From IMG/VR virus record IMGVR_UViG_3300045457_000235, positions 1 to 32,329 of that record: DNA of 32,329 bases; one strand, written 5' to 3'. This DNA comes from a virus (taxonomy: Duplodnaviria > Caudoviricetes). Below, one piece after another: positions 8,646 through 18,277 of this stretch (its first letter is position 1; each line of letters begins with the position of its first letter). Under the pieces are notes generated by a model. It searched no databases and had not been told where the DNA came from. It saw only the letters and a list, made by a program, of their open reading frames with translations. The translations under genes and the position numbers were made by a program.

Positions 8646-11288
8646 ATGGCTCAACTAAATATCAATTTTTTTAATCCTCAGAATCCTTACAGATTTGCAG
8701 ACCCTGTCCGTAAGTACAAGGAAAATGATCCTTACCATTACACTGTTGATAATATTCCAATTAAACAATTAGAAGAAAACATCTTATGGATTAAGGATGT
8801 TCTGGAAAATGCAACAGTTGATATAGAGGATGGTAAGGATGGAGTTTATAGAGAAAACTTCATGGAGCTAAAGCCTTATCTAAAAAATGAGGGTCCTCAA
8901 AATGCTGTCTATGTTAATCCCGGAAGATTTACTGCAAGAGTAAATGATGCTTATAACTTAACTCCTTTACAAGTTATTTCAAGAGTTTTAGGAGAAAATG
9001 TCGCAGAATTTAATGAATGGGATGTTGCTAGTAGGACTAACCCAGTTTTATCTGGGACGATAGAAAAATTTAAATCTGCTCTATCTCAAAATGCTTTAGG
9101 GATGAATGGTTTAGCAGAAAGAAGTTTTGTAAGTCCATTTACTTCCTCTACCGATTATATTTTTAATTACTCACCAATTGAAGGTGATGTCACACCGTTT
9201 AATTATACTCAATTTAATTTAACTTTAGGACAAGAGTATCCAAACTTTTTTACTTTTTTGTGGGGCACTACAGGGTCACTGAGTAGATCCTCTATAACTG
9301 CAAGATCTACTTCTTGGAACGGAGAAGGAGAGCCTCTTGAAGGTTCCCAAAACTCAGTTCATTCTATATCTCAAAATGCAAGAAATTTGTTTTTCTCTGA
9401 TGTAGAGTTTGTAAGAAGATGGAGAGGGGTAGCTAGAACTTCTATTGTTGACGTACCTTATACGTTAAGTGCAACAGTTCAAAATTTTGAAAATGATGAT
9501 TTTTCTTACTTAGATGAAAACGGAGAAATTAATAATTCTTTATCAAGTTTAGTAAACTCAAGAATAGATTTATTATTTATATACTCTAAACCTATAGATC
9601 AAACTGAAACTTATATATCAGAATTTGAAAGAACCGATCCAGTGTCTTCCTTTGGTAACTCCCCTGACGAGGAGTCTCCTAGAAGATTGATAAGGGCTGA
9701 ACTTGGTATTGTTAGAGGAGCCGGAGTTCAAATGGACTTTGGAGCAGAATCTAAATGGTTTTTTGCAAATGCAAACGGTTCTTTAGGATCTCCACAAATA
9801 CTAGCTCATGCTGCTGATCAAGCAAATACTGGCTTGGGCTTTGCTAGTCTGAATGTACATGGTTCATTTCCATCACCTGATGATTTAATGAATTTATCTC
9901 CTATGCTAGCTGAATGGTTACCTAAGAAACACATAGCATTGGTTGGTCAAACTATTCTTCCTTTAGCTTACATAGTTGTAAAGAAAAGCGCAGTTACAAA
10001 TGGAATAACTGTTTTAGAAGATTCTGACGTAATTGATATTAGACCTTTCTTTAGAACGGCTGAACTAACTTACAACGAAAGGGCAGGATTAGCAGCGGCA
10101 CTTCCTTCTGTATCATTAGCAAATCCAGTTGCTACAGAATCTTATGTAGATACTGAAGTTAAGAAAGTCTATGATGCAATTCCAGCACTTCCCCCAGTTC
10201 CATTATTTAGAGATCAATTTAATGTTATAGATGCAAGCTTAGATACTAGGCATTTAATAAGAATAAGTAGTAATTGTCTCAATAATTGGCCCGGAGCATT
10301 CGGAGGACACTATTATGGTCGTTGGCCTTTAAGTGCCATGCCTTACGTTCCCTCCATAGATTCAGGTGCAGTAGTATTTCCTCAATTTTCAAGTTTGCCA
10401 ATAATAGCAAACGGTGGTATGGATTTAATTTCAAGAGATCTTGATTTCTGGAAAACAAATCCAACAGGGGATTACGCTTTAAGAGATGGAGTATATAAAC
10501 TACCAGATGCATCATACAACTACAAAAGATATGGAAGTGATAATGTAGCATTCTTTGTTTTCACTGTTAAAGATATTCCTGCATTATATGGACCTCAACC
10601 AGACGGATCTGAGTGGGATATAACGATAGACTGTTTAACTCCAACAAAAGTTACCCACTTTGCCCCAGTTGCAAAAAATTTATCTGGTGGCCCTATGTAT
10701 GAATTTTTTAGAGCTGAAAGTGATACCCTTGATTTATGGCAAAGTGGAATAACTTTAGCAGGTTCTTTAGAGAGAAGCCCTATACTAAGACACAAGGACT
10801 TTGCTTATAACACAGCAGAATGGTATTTTTATAATAATCCCGGTGGAACAAATCCAACACATTTAACTGGTGGAAGTAATGGTGAGACACCTCAAGTTTA
10901 TACAGAAAATAGATCACAACATGGAACCCTTCTTCCCGGCTTTATAAACAACATAGAAAGACCCGGGTTTAACGGACAAGGATTATTTTCAGACTATGAT
11001 TTCTTAGCCGTGGCAGCAAGACAAAACTTTAACAGACCTCCTGTGTTAACAAGGGATAACGTTACACAGTGGCCTAGCTGGAGAAGAAGATCTACCTTAC
11101 TACATCACATGGATCCAAGAGGAGACGTAATTAGAAACAGCGTTGGAGTATCTTTAAGACAATTATACAAAGCTCCAGCAGCCTTTTATGGAAATAGATC
11201 AGTTGATTTAAAATTTGTTGTAATGGTTAGTAACAGAATTAGTATCAAACAGTTTAGATTTACTCTAACAAACATGCGAGTTACATAA
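8646..11288 (+). CDS. Putative tail fibre / receptor-binding protein
   Basis: 880 aa. N-terminal DNIPIKQLEENILWIK anchor-like motif; fibre-type ATESYVD motif near aa 500, followed by a distinct C-terminal domain. Confidence 0.5.
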   Translation: MAQLNINFFNPQNPYRFADPVRKYKENDPYHYTVDNIPIKQLEENILWIKDVLENATVDIEDGKDGVYRENFMELKPYLKNEGPQNAVYVNPGRFTARVNDAYNLTPLQVISRVLGENVAEFNEWDVASRTNPVLSGTIEKFKSALSQNALGMNGLAERSFVSPFTSSTDYIFNYSPIEGDVTPFNYTQFNLTLGQEYPNFFTFLWGTTGSLSRSSITARSTSWNGEGEPLEGSQNSVHSISQNARNLFFSDVEFVRRWRGVARTSIVDVPYTLSATVQNFENDDFSYLDENGEINNSLSSLVNSRIDLLFIYSKPIDQTETYISEFERTDPVSSFGNSPDEESPRRLIRAELGIVRGAGVQMDFGAESKWFFANANGSLGSPQILAHAADQANTGLGFASLNVHGSFPSPDDLMNLSPMLAEWLPKKHIALVGQTILPLAYIVVKKSAVTNGITVLEDSDVIDIRPFFRTAELTYNERAGLAAALPSVSLANPVATESYVDTEVKKVYDAIPALPPVPLFRDQFNVIDASLDTRHLIRISSNCLNNWPGAFGGHYYGRWPLSAMPYVPSIDSGAVVFPQFSSLPIIANGGMDLISRDLDFWKTNPTGDYALRDGVYKLPDASYNYKRYGSDNVAFFVFTVKDIPALYGPQPDGSEWDITIDCLTPTKVTHFAPVAKNLSGGPMYEFFRAESDTLDLWQSGITLAGSLERSPILRHKDFAYNTAEWYFYNNPGGTNPTHLTGGSNGETPQVYTENRSQHGTLLPGFINNIERPGFNGQGLFSDYDFLAVAARQNFNRPPVLTRDNVTQWPSWRRRSTLLHHMDPRGDVIRNSVGVSLRQLYKAPAAFYGNRSVDLKFVVMVSNRISIKQFRFTLTNMRVT

Positions 11289-14200
11289 TGACTGGGGGTC
11301 CTCCTGTATTTAATTGTGGAGAGTATAAACCTTTAAGGTTTAATCCAATTCGTCCTCCAATTATTCAGGAACCCAATATATTTATTCCAGTAAGTTTGAA
11401 TCCAAGACCACCAAGAAGAACTGATCCAGTAGAGAATTATGTTTGTATTTGTAGAAGTACTGTAACTACTTTAGGTGGCTGTTCTGATGAATCATCTAGA
11501 GAATGTGTGAAGATTTCTGAGGCTGGTGGATTTCCTCAATCTGAAGTTCAATATTCCTCAAGAGAACAATGCGAGGCAGACGCATATAGTAAAAGACCTT
11601 GTGCATTATCATTATTTCAATGCACTAGGACTCAGGAGCCTTGCCCACCTCCCCAATACGGGACAATCTCAAGAGGCTTTTGTGGAGAGTTACCCCCGGT
11701 AGCCTTTAGACCCGCTGCATTACCCATCGACATTTATGATACTTTAGGGAATTGTATTTTAAACTGTAGGACTATTAGAGATTGTGTATCAATTCCTACT
11801 ACTGGGGATGGGCAAGTAACTCCCGCTATTCCGGGAGGACCACCCACGGGATATAAGTGTGTAACCACATTTAGCCAGTGCCAGAACTCAGGATTGCGAA
11901 GAAACATCCGAGAGTGTGTAGAGTGCGTAATAAAGCCTGAGGATCCAAATTGTATAAATCAAACTTTAAGCGAATGTGAAACCGCTTGTGTAAGTGATGA
12001 ATGTAAGTATGAATGTGTTCCTTATCAAATAGAATGCCCAGATAATACTTATGCCACAGGAACTAGATGTGCTCCTTGTATATATAACCCATTAGATCAA
12101 TCTACAGAAAATTGTAATTTACCTGACGAATCCTCCTGTAGTGAATGTGTACCTCCTATATGTCCACCTGTAATTGCAGGAAGAACTAGAATCCCAGTAA
12201 TACCAATAATTAGAGATCCGGGAGTTCTCCTAGGAGACCAATGGAGGTGCGCTCCGGGACCAGCCTGCATAAGATGTACTACTCAAGAGATCCTAGCAGG
12301 CTATTGTCCATATACAACAGAAGCAAGGTGTATAGCCGATTGTGGCGTTATTAATACAGGTGGAATTTATAACGATCCTGTAAGGTATAAATGTGTAAAC
12401 TCCACATGCACGCTTTGTGCGGCTACAGAAGCAGCGACAAATCCTAATTTGTGTAGATATAGCAACCCAAACTGTAATGGAGAATGTGTTCCACCCCCAG
12501 TATTTATAACTTACAAGGGAATTATTGAAAATGGAGTTAGGCAATGTGTCCAATGCAACTCAACTACTACAAACCCTAATACCTGCCCTTACCCAACTTT
12601 AAGAGACTGTGCATTAGCTTGGTTATATAACCCTAGTACTTTTGATGCAGAAACAACTTTTAAGGCATCTATACAAATAACACAAAACAATAATATAAAT
12701 ATTATTAATCTAGGGTTAAATGATTCAAACGTAATTGAAGAAAAGAGTTTTTCTGAGGAAAACAAAGACACTAATATTTATGATCCTATTTACAATTTCT
12801 TTAATTACACTTCAAATGAAACAACAAGATATGTTACAAATATTTATTACTTAAATATATTTAATGATTTTGTAGCAGAAGAAGTTTATGCGTTCTTAGA
12901 TAAAAATTTTAAACAACAACCTTTCTGGAACGAGAAACTTTTTAGTAATCTTACTTTAGCAAAAATATCAATTAGTTTAAGAAAAGAATTAATAGACTCT
13001 TTTAGTAATATAAGAAGTGTTGACGGTACTTTAGTTGATCCGATAAATTTTTATCAAATGATTAGAAAACTGTTAATAACAAATAAACTAAATGAATTTG
13101 ATCCTTCTTTTTATATAAATTTATATGAACAACAAAAAGATGAATTAATAAATCAGTATCAGTTTTCAGAGTCATCTGAAATTTTAGAGAGAGCAAGTTT
13201 AGGAATACTAAAAACTGGGTCTTTAATCTCGGACCCATCACAATATAAGGATCTAGATAAGTTTAAAATTTTAAGACAAAAGAGATTAAACACTGACATC
13301 AACACCCGTGTAAATGTAACTGATATAAATAATCAAGATTATTCAGTCTCATTGGCAGATGATGGTTTACAGGTAACAGATCAAGATGCCTCTAGTTTAG
13401 TTTCTGTCCCTCTAGGAACTGGAGAGGGATATTTTATTAATGTTACTACAGACGAGGAAATTAAACTTCCTCTTATAACAGAAGAGTATAGATCTTATTT
13501 TGCTCCAACAAATATTAGATATGCCGCCTTAAAAGCTTTCCAACAAAACCCAGATATAAATTTATATGTTTCATCTTTATCTGGGCAGCATGAATTAATT
13601 GAATCTTATGAGTTATCAACAGTGTTAACTCCAATGTATTTTGCACTGAATTTATCGAAAATTGAAGATCAAGAAAAAATTAATCCACTTGTGGATAATA
13701 TAAAAGCTGAATTTAATTTATTAACTAATAATCAAGAGATACAGGATCACGTTTACAACTACGGTTATTCAGTAATTAGAATTAATTTAGATTACAGAGA
13801 TCCTTTAATTCATTATGCCAAAGACACTAGCTGCTTAAGTTTAGAACAGAATGATATTACTTTTAGATTTTTTGATTTAGTAAAAAGTGGAACATTAAAT
13901 TCTAATTCAATTCTTACTAGAAACTTACCATTTGGAATTGTTTTAGTTCCGGGCTGTGGATCTCAACATAATCCTTTTGCCGGAGGATCAGAGATAGTGG
14001 ATAGGTTTAATGGAAAAGTTATAAGAAAAATAACTTTAACAACCTTGTATGATCCTTCTTCTAAAAATATAATAAATGAGCCTAAAGTCTTAAGTTCTAT
14101 AGAAACCGAACCGATTGAATCAAACCTACCAGAGCAAAATTATAATTATGCCAATAGGTTCTACTATGTCTACTCTACAGAAAAATATAAAGACACTTAT

Positions 14201-14554
14201 TTTTACAATGGAATTTACAAATCAACGGAACCTCAAGAACTTTCTAAGGATAAACCAGTAACTTCATTCATGGTAAATGAAGTTATCGATAAGTTAATAC
14301 AAGGGTATTCTCCCAAAGAATTAAAATGGTTTGATGTTTATTCAAGATTAACTGCAAATCAAATGGGAGACTTAGAATATAATAATTCTTATGAATTAGA
14401 AAAATCTTTAGAAGAAGGAGAGCGTGGAGTTTTAATTAAACCAGTATTAAGAACTGACAAAGAAGTTAAAACTTATATTGATCCTTTAATTATACCTGAA
14501 GTAGACGTACCTAATCCTATAATAACTAAGGAGAATAGATTTAATGCCATCTAA
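11288..14554 (+). CDS. Putative virion protein with N-terminal Cys/Pro-rich repeats
   Basis: 1088 aa. About 45 Cys in the first ~445 aa, arranged as 7 repeats; the C-terminal ~640 aa is almost Cys-free. Translationally coupled (TAATG) within the tail operon. The ORF is certain, the function is not. Confidence 0.5.
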   Translation: MTGGPPVFNCGEYKPLRFNPIRPPIIQEPNIFIPVSLNPRPPRRTDPVENYVCICRSTVTTLGGCSDESSRECVKISEAGGFPQSEVQYSSREQCEADAYSKRPCALSLFQCTRTQEPCPPPQYGTISRGFCGELPPVAFRPAALPIDIYDTLGNCILNCRTIRDCVSIPTTGDGQVTPAIPGGPPTGYKCVTTFSQCQNSGLRRNIRECVECVIKPEDPNCINQTLSECETACVSDECKYECVPYQIECPDNTYATGTRCAPCIYNPLDQSTENCNLPDESSCSECVPPICPPVIAGRTRIPVIPIIRDPGVLLGDQWRCAPGPACIRCTTQEILAGYCPYTTEARCIADCGVINTGGIYNDPVRYKCVNSTCTLCAATEAATNPNLCRYSNPNCNGECVPPPVFITYKGIIENGVRQCVQCNSTTTNPNTCPYPTLRDCALAWLYNPSTFDAETTFKASIQITQNNNINIINLGLNDSNVIEEKSFSEENKDTNIYDPIYNFFNYTSNETTRYVTNIYYLNIFNDFVAEEVYAFLDKNFKQQPFWNEKLFSNLTLAKISISLRKELIDSFSNIRSVDGTLVDPINFYQMIRKLLITNKLNEFDPSFYINLYEQQKDELINQYQFSESSEILERASLGILKTGSLISDPSQYKDLDKFKILRQKRLNTDINTRVNVTDINNQDYSVSLADDGLQVTDQDASSLVSVPLGTGEGYFINVTTDEEIKLPLITEEYRSYFAPTNIRYAALKAFQQNPDINLYVSSLSGQHELIESYELSTVLTPMYFALNLSKIEDQEKINPLVDNIKAEFNLLTNNQEIQDHVYNYGYSVIRINLDYRDPLIHYAKDTSCLSLEQNDITFRFFDLVKSGTLNSNSILTRNLPFGIVLVPGCGSQHNPFAGGSEIVDRFNGKVIRKITLTTLYDPSSKNIINEPKVLSSIETEPIESNLPEQNYNYANRFYYVYSTEKYKDTYFYNGIYKSTEPQELSKDKPVTSFMVNEVIDKLIQGYSPKELKWFDVYSRLTANQMGDLEYNNSYELEKSLEEGERGVLIKPVLRTDKEVKTYIDPLIIPEVDVPNPIITKENRFNAI
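11438..12625 (+). repeat. Seven degenerate Cys-rich protein repeats, (Y/F/W)xC...C(xxC)...C(x)Y.T...CxxxC
   Basis: Examples: YKCVTT..RECVEC..PNCINQTLSECETAC; WRCAPGPACIRC..YCPYTTEARCIADC; YKCVNSTCTLC..LCRYSNPNCNGEC; RQCVQC..TCPYPTLRDC. Confidence 0.8.
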
Positions 14555-14951
14555 TGTATTGACAGAAAAAATACCAGTAACTTCCGATTCTGCGATACCT
14601 CCTTTATTACCTGTAGTACCAGATTTAATAAAGCCTAATTACATTTTTCCGGCTTACTCATTTCCGGTTAGAAATGTTTTTTTAGGAGTGCAAAAATTTA
14701 GACCTGTTATGGAGGGAGATTTTTATTTAACTCACGTTGTTGGATCTACAAGAAATCCGATAACCCATGCAGACTCTAAAGCTAAAGCAATTACTGCAAG
14801 AACTTTTAAAGTTTTTATTGGGCCTCAAAAACTTTGTTTAATAAGTGATACTGATGCTATTCTTGGAGAAAGTGGATGTCTGTTTCCGGCTCCGGGACAA
14901 CTTAAACCTGTACCAATACCAACTCATAGGGTATTTGTAGGTCCAAATTAA
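14544..14951 (+). CDS. gp5.4: PAAR-like baseplate spike tip protein (T4 gp5.4-like)
   Basis: 135 aa. Three VF(L/I/V)G units, plus GDFYLTH...ITH, ARTFKVFIG and a late Cys, matching the gp5.4/PAAR layout. Confidence 0.7.
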   Translation: MPSNVLTEKIPVTSDSAIPPLLPVVPDLIKPNYIFPAYSFPVRNVFLGVQKFRPVMEGDFYLTHVVGSTRNPITHADSKAKAITARTFKVFIGPQKLCLISDTDAILGESGCLFPAPGQLKPVPIPTHRVFVGPN

Positions 14952-14990
14952 ATATTTATTAAATTTTTATATCTATTTTTCAAGTTCTGT

Positions 14991-14998
14991 TATAAATA
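14991..14998 (+). promoter_or_regulatory. T4-type late promoter TATAAATA
   Basis: Exact match to the gp55-recognised consensus, in the intergenic gap directly before the head operon. A gp55-like gene is present in the window. Confidence 0.7.
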
Positions 14999-15032
14999 GT
15001 TTATAGGACATAGTTTATTAATTGGTGATATT

Positions 15033-15683
15033 ATGGCAAAACGTTTAGATGACACTCAAGGTTTTATTAATACTGTTTTAAGCGAAGCTAATTGGACTCA
15101 AGCTAATATTAAGCTTAAGTTAAATGAAGAAGAGGATAAAACAGAAGAAGGTGAGGACGAGGAAGAGGAAGGTGATGACGATGAGGAAGTAAACGATTCC
15201 ACCGACTACACCTTATCCTATGCCAATTGCCCACTCTGCGAGTCAGAGTTAGAAGATGATGACGCAATCTTTGAGAACATTGATTCTCATTTCGTCAATC
15301 TTCTCGATCTCGTTGAGCAAGTAGAGACAATAGCTGAAAGTGATGATTATGACGGCAATGAAATAATCATTGAGTCAAATGACATTCATAATTGCCCACT
15401 TTGCGAATCAGAGATTGAGGATGATTCTGTAGTCATCGACAACATGAATGAGCATTTTGATGTGGTTTTAGAGATGCTTGATGAGCTTGTTGAGGCCAAA
15501 ACTCCCGAAGAGAAGGCAGCTAAGGCTAGAGTTATGAGAGCCCAAGATGATCAATTCACGGCTCATACAGACACTGCCATATATGGAAAGAAGAGCCCAC
15601 AAGCTAAGAAGACTAGAGGCGAGGCCGCAAAGTCATTAAAAGCAGCCATGGGTGATATTCGTAAGTATCGTAATCAAAAGTGA
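15033..15683 (+). CDS. Acidic putative prohead core/internal protein with tandem CPLC modules
   Basis: 216 aa with a poly-E/D tract, two C-x2-C-x16-H repeats, many (L/I/V)xE gp21-type cleavage sites and a basic tail. Its position upstream of gp21 corresponds to the T4 core-protein genes. Confidence 0.5.
   Translation: MAKRLDDTQGFINTVLSEANWTQANIKLKLNEEEDKTEEGEDEEEEGDDDEEVNDSTDYTLSYANCPLCESELEDDDAIFENIDSHFVNLLDLVEQVETIAESDDYDGNEIIIESNDIHNCPLCESEIEDDSVVIDNMNEHFDVVLEMLDELVEAKTPEEKAAKARVMRAQDDQFTAHTDTAIYGKKSPQAKKTRGEAAKSLKAAMGDIRKYRNQK
15225..15495 (+). repeat. Internal duplication with 165-nt (55-aa) period
   Basis: aattgcccact(c/t)tgcga(g/a)tcagag occurs at 15225 and 15390, encoding NCPLCESE(L/I)EDD...EN/DN...HF. 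Confidence 0.85.
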
Positions 15684-15703
15684 TTATTTAGAAAATAATC
15701 TCT

Positions 15704-16120
15704 ATGTCCAATTACCCTAAGGATTCTGTAATTGATATCGCTATGGGCATCATGTCTAACATGAATGCCCGTAAAGATTTAATAGAGACAGAAGCTCCTC
15801 CTAGAAGACAAATCTCTGAAGAAAAAAGTATATCCAATTTTGTCCCAGATATTGCCGATGTAAAGGTAGGCGAAGATTATATCACAAGTATCTTAGAAGG
15901 TAGTATGGGAGTAACGGTAGACAATACAAGAAAAAAACCTATTAAAGAAATAAAAAAACAATCGCAAACAAACTTAACAGAAGAAAGAGTAAATGATTTA
16001 ATATTTAGATTGTCCTCTTTATTGAATGAAGCAAGACAAATGATTGATGAAATGACCACCGTGGGGATGATTGGTGGTCCTCGCTTAGGGCGTAAATTAA
16101 ATAAAAATAAGAAGAAATAA
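15704..16120 (+). CDS. Putative prohead core/internal head protein
   Basis: 138 aa with repeated LIE/ISE/ILE/IKE/LTE/LNE/IDE sites and a Lys-rich C-terminus, within the head operon. Confidence 0.45.
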   Translation: MSNYPKDSVIDIAMGIMSNMNARKDLIETEAPPRRQISEEKSISNFVPDIADVKVGEDYITSILEGSMGVTVDNTRKKPIKEIKKQSQTNLTEERVNDLIFRLSSLLNEARQMIDEMTTVGMIGGPRLGRKLNKNKKK

Positions 16121-16121
16121 A

Positions 16122-16523
16122 ATGGATTTATTATTTTTAATTAATGAAGCAAACTTTGAGATTGGGAAGGGGTCTTCCGCAGGTAGATCAAAAATGCTTT
16201 CCGCTGAAAAAACCCGACATGATAATCCAAAAAAATCTAGAGTAAAAATATACAATAGCATTACTGATGCTTTAAAAAGAGGTTATGTATCTCAAATTTT
16301 TAGCACCAAAAACTCTGATAGGCTTTACGTCATAACAAAAAGAAAATGGGGTAAGGATGATGAGCAAGAAGTTTCTGGAAGAGTTGCTAAAGGATTTTCT
16401 CCCCAAACTATACCTTCCGACTTTAGCGACGTAAAGAAATATGCAGCTAGAACAGCCGTTAGACATGGGAAGTCTGCCAACCCAGAGTATAGAAAAGAAT
16501 TTAAATCCAAGAGAAAGGACTGA
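16122..16523 (+). CDS. Basic putative internal head / DNA-binding protein
   Basis: 133 aa, very K/R-rich after a short leader ending LINE; directly upstream of the protease. Confidence 0.45.
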   Translation: MDLLFLINEANFEIGKGSSAGRSKMLSAEKTRHDNPKKSRVKIYNSITDALKRGYVSQIFSTKNSDRLYVITKRKWGKDDEQEVSGRVAKGFSPQTIPSDFSDVKKYAARTAVRHGKSANPEYRKEFKSKRKD

Positions 16524-16528
16524 TCAAT

Positions 16529-17605
16529 ATGTTATTAACTGATATTAGAATTTTAGATAGTTTACAAGTTGTAAACGAATCTGCAGGTCCCGGAAAGCCC
16601 ATGAAGGTTCGTGGCATTTTCCAAAGAGCCGACGAAGCTAATAACAATGGTCGTATCTATCCTCAAAAAGTATTAGAGAGTGCTATTAACAATCTCATAG
16701 AGGCTGTTCAAGAGCGTCGTTGCGTTGGTGAGTTAGATCATCCTACTTACGATATGGTAAAGCTTTCAAACGCTTCACACATTATAACCAGCCTACGTTT
16801 TGAAGGCAAGGATGTTATAGGGGAAGCTGAAATACTTTCTACTCCAGCCGGAAAGGTTGTTGAGGCACTTATTAGAGACGGCATCAAGATTGGTATTTCT
16901 AGCCGTGGCATGGGAACTTTAAGCGAAGGTAAAGGACATAAGATTGTTAATGAAGATTTCAAACTCTTAACATTTGATATTGTCGCTGATCCCTCCACCC
17001 GTGGTGCATTCCCTTCTTTAGCTGAGAGCAAAAATCATCAATCACAACTTGTTGAGAATACAATAAAAAAGGTTGTCGGTAAAAATGTTTTCTTATCAAT
17101 GCTAGAAGCCAAGATTGATAACAAACTTGATGAGCTTCGCGTTGATGAAGCAAAGGATAAGAGAGCCGGAGATCCTTGCTGGAAGAACTACAAGCAAGTT
17201 GGGATGAAGATGAAGGGTGGCCGCAAAGTCCCTAATTGTGTTCCTGCTAATGAATCAACAGTAGAAGAGGCTAACCTTTTAGACAAAGATTTGTCTCCAG
17301 AGGAAAAAGCAAAAGCAAGAACTAAAAGAGCTAGGAGTAATCCTGTCTATGCTTACTACTCAGATGCTGAAGTTAATAACTGGAGGGCTACGGACCATTA
17401 TGACAGGAATCAAGCCATGAGATATAATAAAAAGAAGGGAAGAATGTCTCCTAAACAAATTAAGAAAGATTATGGTAATGCTTACACAACCCGTGGAACC
17501 CCTACTAATAAAAAAGATAAAACTTCTAAGAGGGAAGACTCTGGCAACATATACGAAAAATATGGTAATCATTTTTTAAACGAAATGATTAGAAGAAATA
17601 AATAA
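16529..17605 (+). CDS. gp21: Prohead core protein protease (T4 gp21 family) with long C-terminal extension
   Basis: Motifs GIFQRAD..NNNGRIYP, GELDHP (catalytic His), GISSRGMG (catalytic Ser) and FDIVADPS..AF. Confidence 0.95.
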   Translation: MLLTDIRILDSLQVVNESAGPGKPMKVRGIFQRADEANNNGRIYPQKVLESAINNLIEAVQERRCVGELDHPTYDMVKLSNASHIITSLRFEGKDVIGEAEILSTPAGKVVEALIRDGIKIGISSRGMGTLSEGKGHKIVNEDFKLLTFDIVADPSTRGAFPSLAESKNHQSQLVENTIKKVVGKNVFLSMLEAKIDNKLDELRVDEAKDKRAGDPCWKNYKQVGMKMKGGRKVPNCVPANESTVEEANLLDKDLSPEEKAKARTKRARSNPVYAYYSDAEVNNWRATDHYDRNQAMRYNKKKGRMSPKQIKKDYGNAYTTRGTPTNKKDKTSKREDSGNIYEKYGNHFLNEMIRRNK

Positions 17606-17616
17606 AGGATTTAGTT

Positions 17617-18258
17617 ATGGCAAAAAGAAATACAATGGAAGAGATAGCAAAGTTACTACCAGACAACTTAGATGAGTCTGTAGCTAATGAAATTGCTTCT
17701 CTTGTTAGTGAGAAGATAACTGAGGAGGTTCAAAAAGTAAAAGCTGACCTCACAGTTAAAACAACTTCATTTATTCGTGGTCAAATAGAAAAATTAAAAG
17801 AGCACGCTCTCAAAGAACTTGAGATGGACAATGAAACTGTCAGAAATGCTGCTATGTATGATCACTTAAAAGCAATCATGGCTATTGAAGTTGGCCCTGA
17901 GGATGAAGTTAATGCTGTTAATTTAATGGCATTAGAGCAAACAAACTTAGAAAAGAACGTTGATATTCTCAAAGAGGAAATGTCTAGAGTACTGGAAGAG
18001 AATAACAAGTTTAAAAATGTTATCAAGATTCAAAAGGACAAAATTGGTCTTCTTGAATCAAGAGTTTCTAACTTACAAATTGGTATCAGAGAACATAAAG
18101 AAAGAACCAAGATGGAAGTTAGTGGTGATGCAGTAGTTGTTTCTGAAGAAAATTTTAAGAAGAGAGAACCAATTACTGAATCAAAAATTCATAAGACTTC
18201 AGGAGTCTACAACCCCTTTTTAAATGAAGAGACCCTGAACCTTATGATGAAAGATTGA
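17617..18258 (+). CDS. gp22: Prohead scaffolding/core protein (T4 gp22-like)
   Basis: 213-aa Glu/Lys-rich coiled coil between protease and capsid genes; AAGGA RBS. Confidence 0.75.
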   Translation: MAKRNTMEEIAKLLPDNLDESVANEIASLVSEKITEEVQKVKADLTVKTTSFIRGQIEKLKEHALKELEMDNETVRNAAMYDHLKAIMAIEVGPEDEVNAVNLMALEQTNLEKNVDILKEEMSRVLEENNKFKNVIKIQKDKIGLLESRVSNLQIGIREHKERTKMEVSGDAVVVSEENFKKREPITESKIHKTSGVYNPFLNEETLNLMMKD

Positions 18259-18277
18259 TATTTAGGAGAGTTTTAAA

